A stretch of DNA of 64,000 nt. Source: Leucoraja ocellata. Taxonomy: Eukaryota. The position numbers were made by a program, and so were the translations under genes. Shown here piece by piece: positions 63,000 through 64,000 of the stretch; the first letter of the stretch is position 1, and each line of letters opens with the position of its first letter. Where the stretch lies: NCBI GenBank assembly GCA_036785375.1, contig JAWMAR010000064.1, positions 9,052,001 through 9,116,000 of the forward strand. Direction: 5' to 3'. The notes below the pieces were generated by a model. That model made no database searches and was not told the DNA's origin. It saw only the letters and a program-made list of their open reading frames with translations.

Positions 63000-63814
63000 A
63001 ATTAACCTACAAACCTGCAAATCTTTAGGAAGTGGGAGCACCTGGAGCAAACACATGCAGTTACATGGAGTATGTGCAAAATTCACACAGCCAACACCTG
63101 AGGTCAGGATCGAACCGGGGTCTCTGGTGCTGTGAGGCAGCGGGTCTACCAGCTGCACCACTCTGCCACCACATCATCCTGATTACTCATTTTTAACGAC
63201 ATATTACAGATTAATTATTGACATTCAGCGACTGTCAATAAACATTAATTGATACAATGAGAATTAATTGATACAATTACCCCTTCAGAATTTCAATGTT
63301 GAAGATTTTTATAAATGACAGCTTTTTGCTTTTTGCTTTCCTGTATCATTTTTCTTATTACTTTTCCTCCTTTTGGATTGATTATTTTTTAAGTGGATGA
63401 GTGCATGAGCAGAGCATGAGTGGGGAGTTAAAAACATGGACATCGATTTTGAGAAGTTGCCTCCAAATAGCTATCGGGCAGCCGGCCTGGTGAGTCAGCC
63501 TCTCAGGAGGGGAGAATTGTCAATTACAACATTTTATCAGTTACGGTGAGTGTGACATCAACATGAGTTTTGCAATTTAACTCTGTGTTTAAGAGTTTCT
63601 TGGCCATCATTCAATTTTCCAGTCAAAGTACATAGAGAGCCAAATAACAACCAAGGAGCCAAAGACATGATAAGAAATTATGTTCACAAACATTATTGTA
63701 TTTCAACCACTTTCTTTCCTTCTAATGTGGAAGACTATCCATGCCTGTAAGGTGGCAGTGGGTTAAAATGTAGATACGTTCCACATACCATTAGGTTTCT
63801 CTTGCAAGGCTGGA

Positions 63815-64000
63815 TTCATAGAATGGAAACAGCAAGACAGAAGTCCATTTAACCCTTCTTGATGATCCAGGCATCATCTATTCATGCACGTGGTTCTGCT
63901 CTTTACTGAAAGCTAAACATATTATTTTTCCTCTGATAAAACGTGGGGACCAGATTTAGACACAATATTCCAGGTGAGACCTAACTGATGCTTTCCATTT
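63815..64000 (-). mobile_element. Old CR1 3' relic
   Basis: CATAGAATG...GTCCATTTAACCC and GGGGACCAGA...ACACAATATTCCAGGTG. Confidence 0.45.

Larger units (their letters stand above)
52876..63170 (-). mobile_element. One HE1-like V-SINE in three pieces: 52876-52988, 57506-57536, 63000-63170
   Basis: The pieces join collinearly to match the intact copy at 11520-11808. Confidence 0.75.

Overview
Repeat-dense eukaryotic DNA with no recognisable host protein-coding exon. The repeat set (HE1-type V-SINEs, HER1/CR1 LINEs, DeuSINE relics, Rex1/Babar, RTE-BovB, Penelope, L1, DIRS) points to a cartilaginous fish, probably a skate or ray; this is an inference. Main elements: a full-length decayed L1 with TSD (40030-47929, minus strand) and three DIRS tyrosine-recombinase retrotransposons, two with an intact internal complementary region (ICR). 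There are also a non-autonomous Helitron, PIF/Harbinger MITEs with TWA TSDs, hAT MITEs and a Mutator/Foldback-like element with a 9-bp TSD. A ~3 kb tandem duplication has its breakpoints inside a repeat. Two points stand out. First, an abundant Penelope-derived short repeat carries a minimal hammerhead-ribozyme core and occurs as TSD-flanked inverted pairs. Second, one ~300-bp SINE has been pulled apart over ~10.3 kb by five nested insertions. AT-rich unique islands between repeats look like conserved non-coding elements, but this cannot be verified here. Coordinates were read by eye and are approximate unless a TSD or TIR is quoted.
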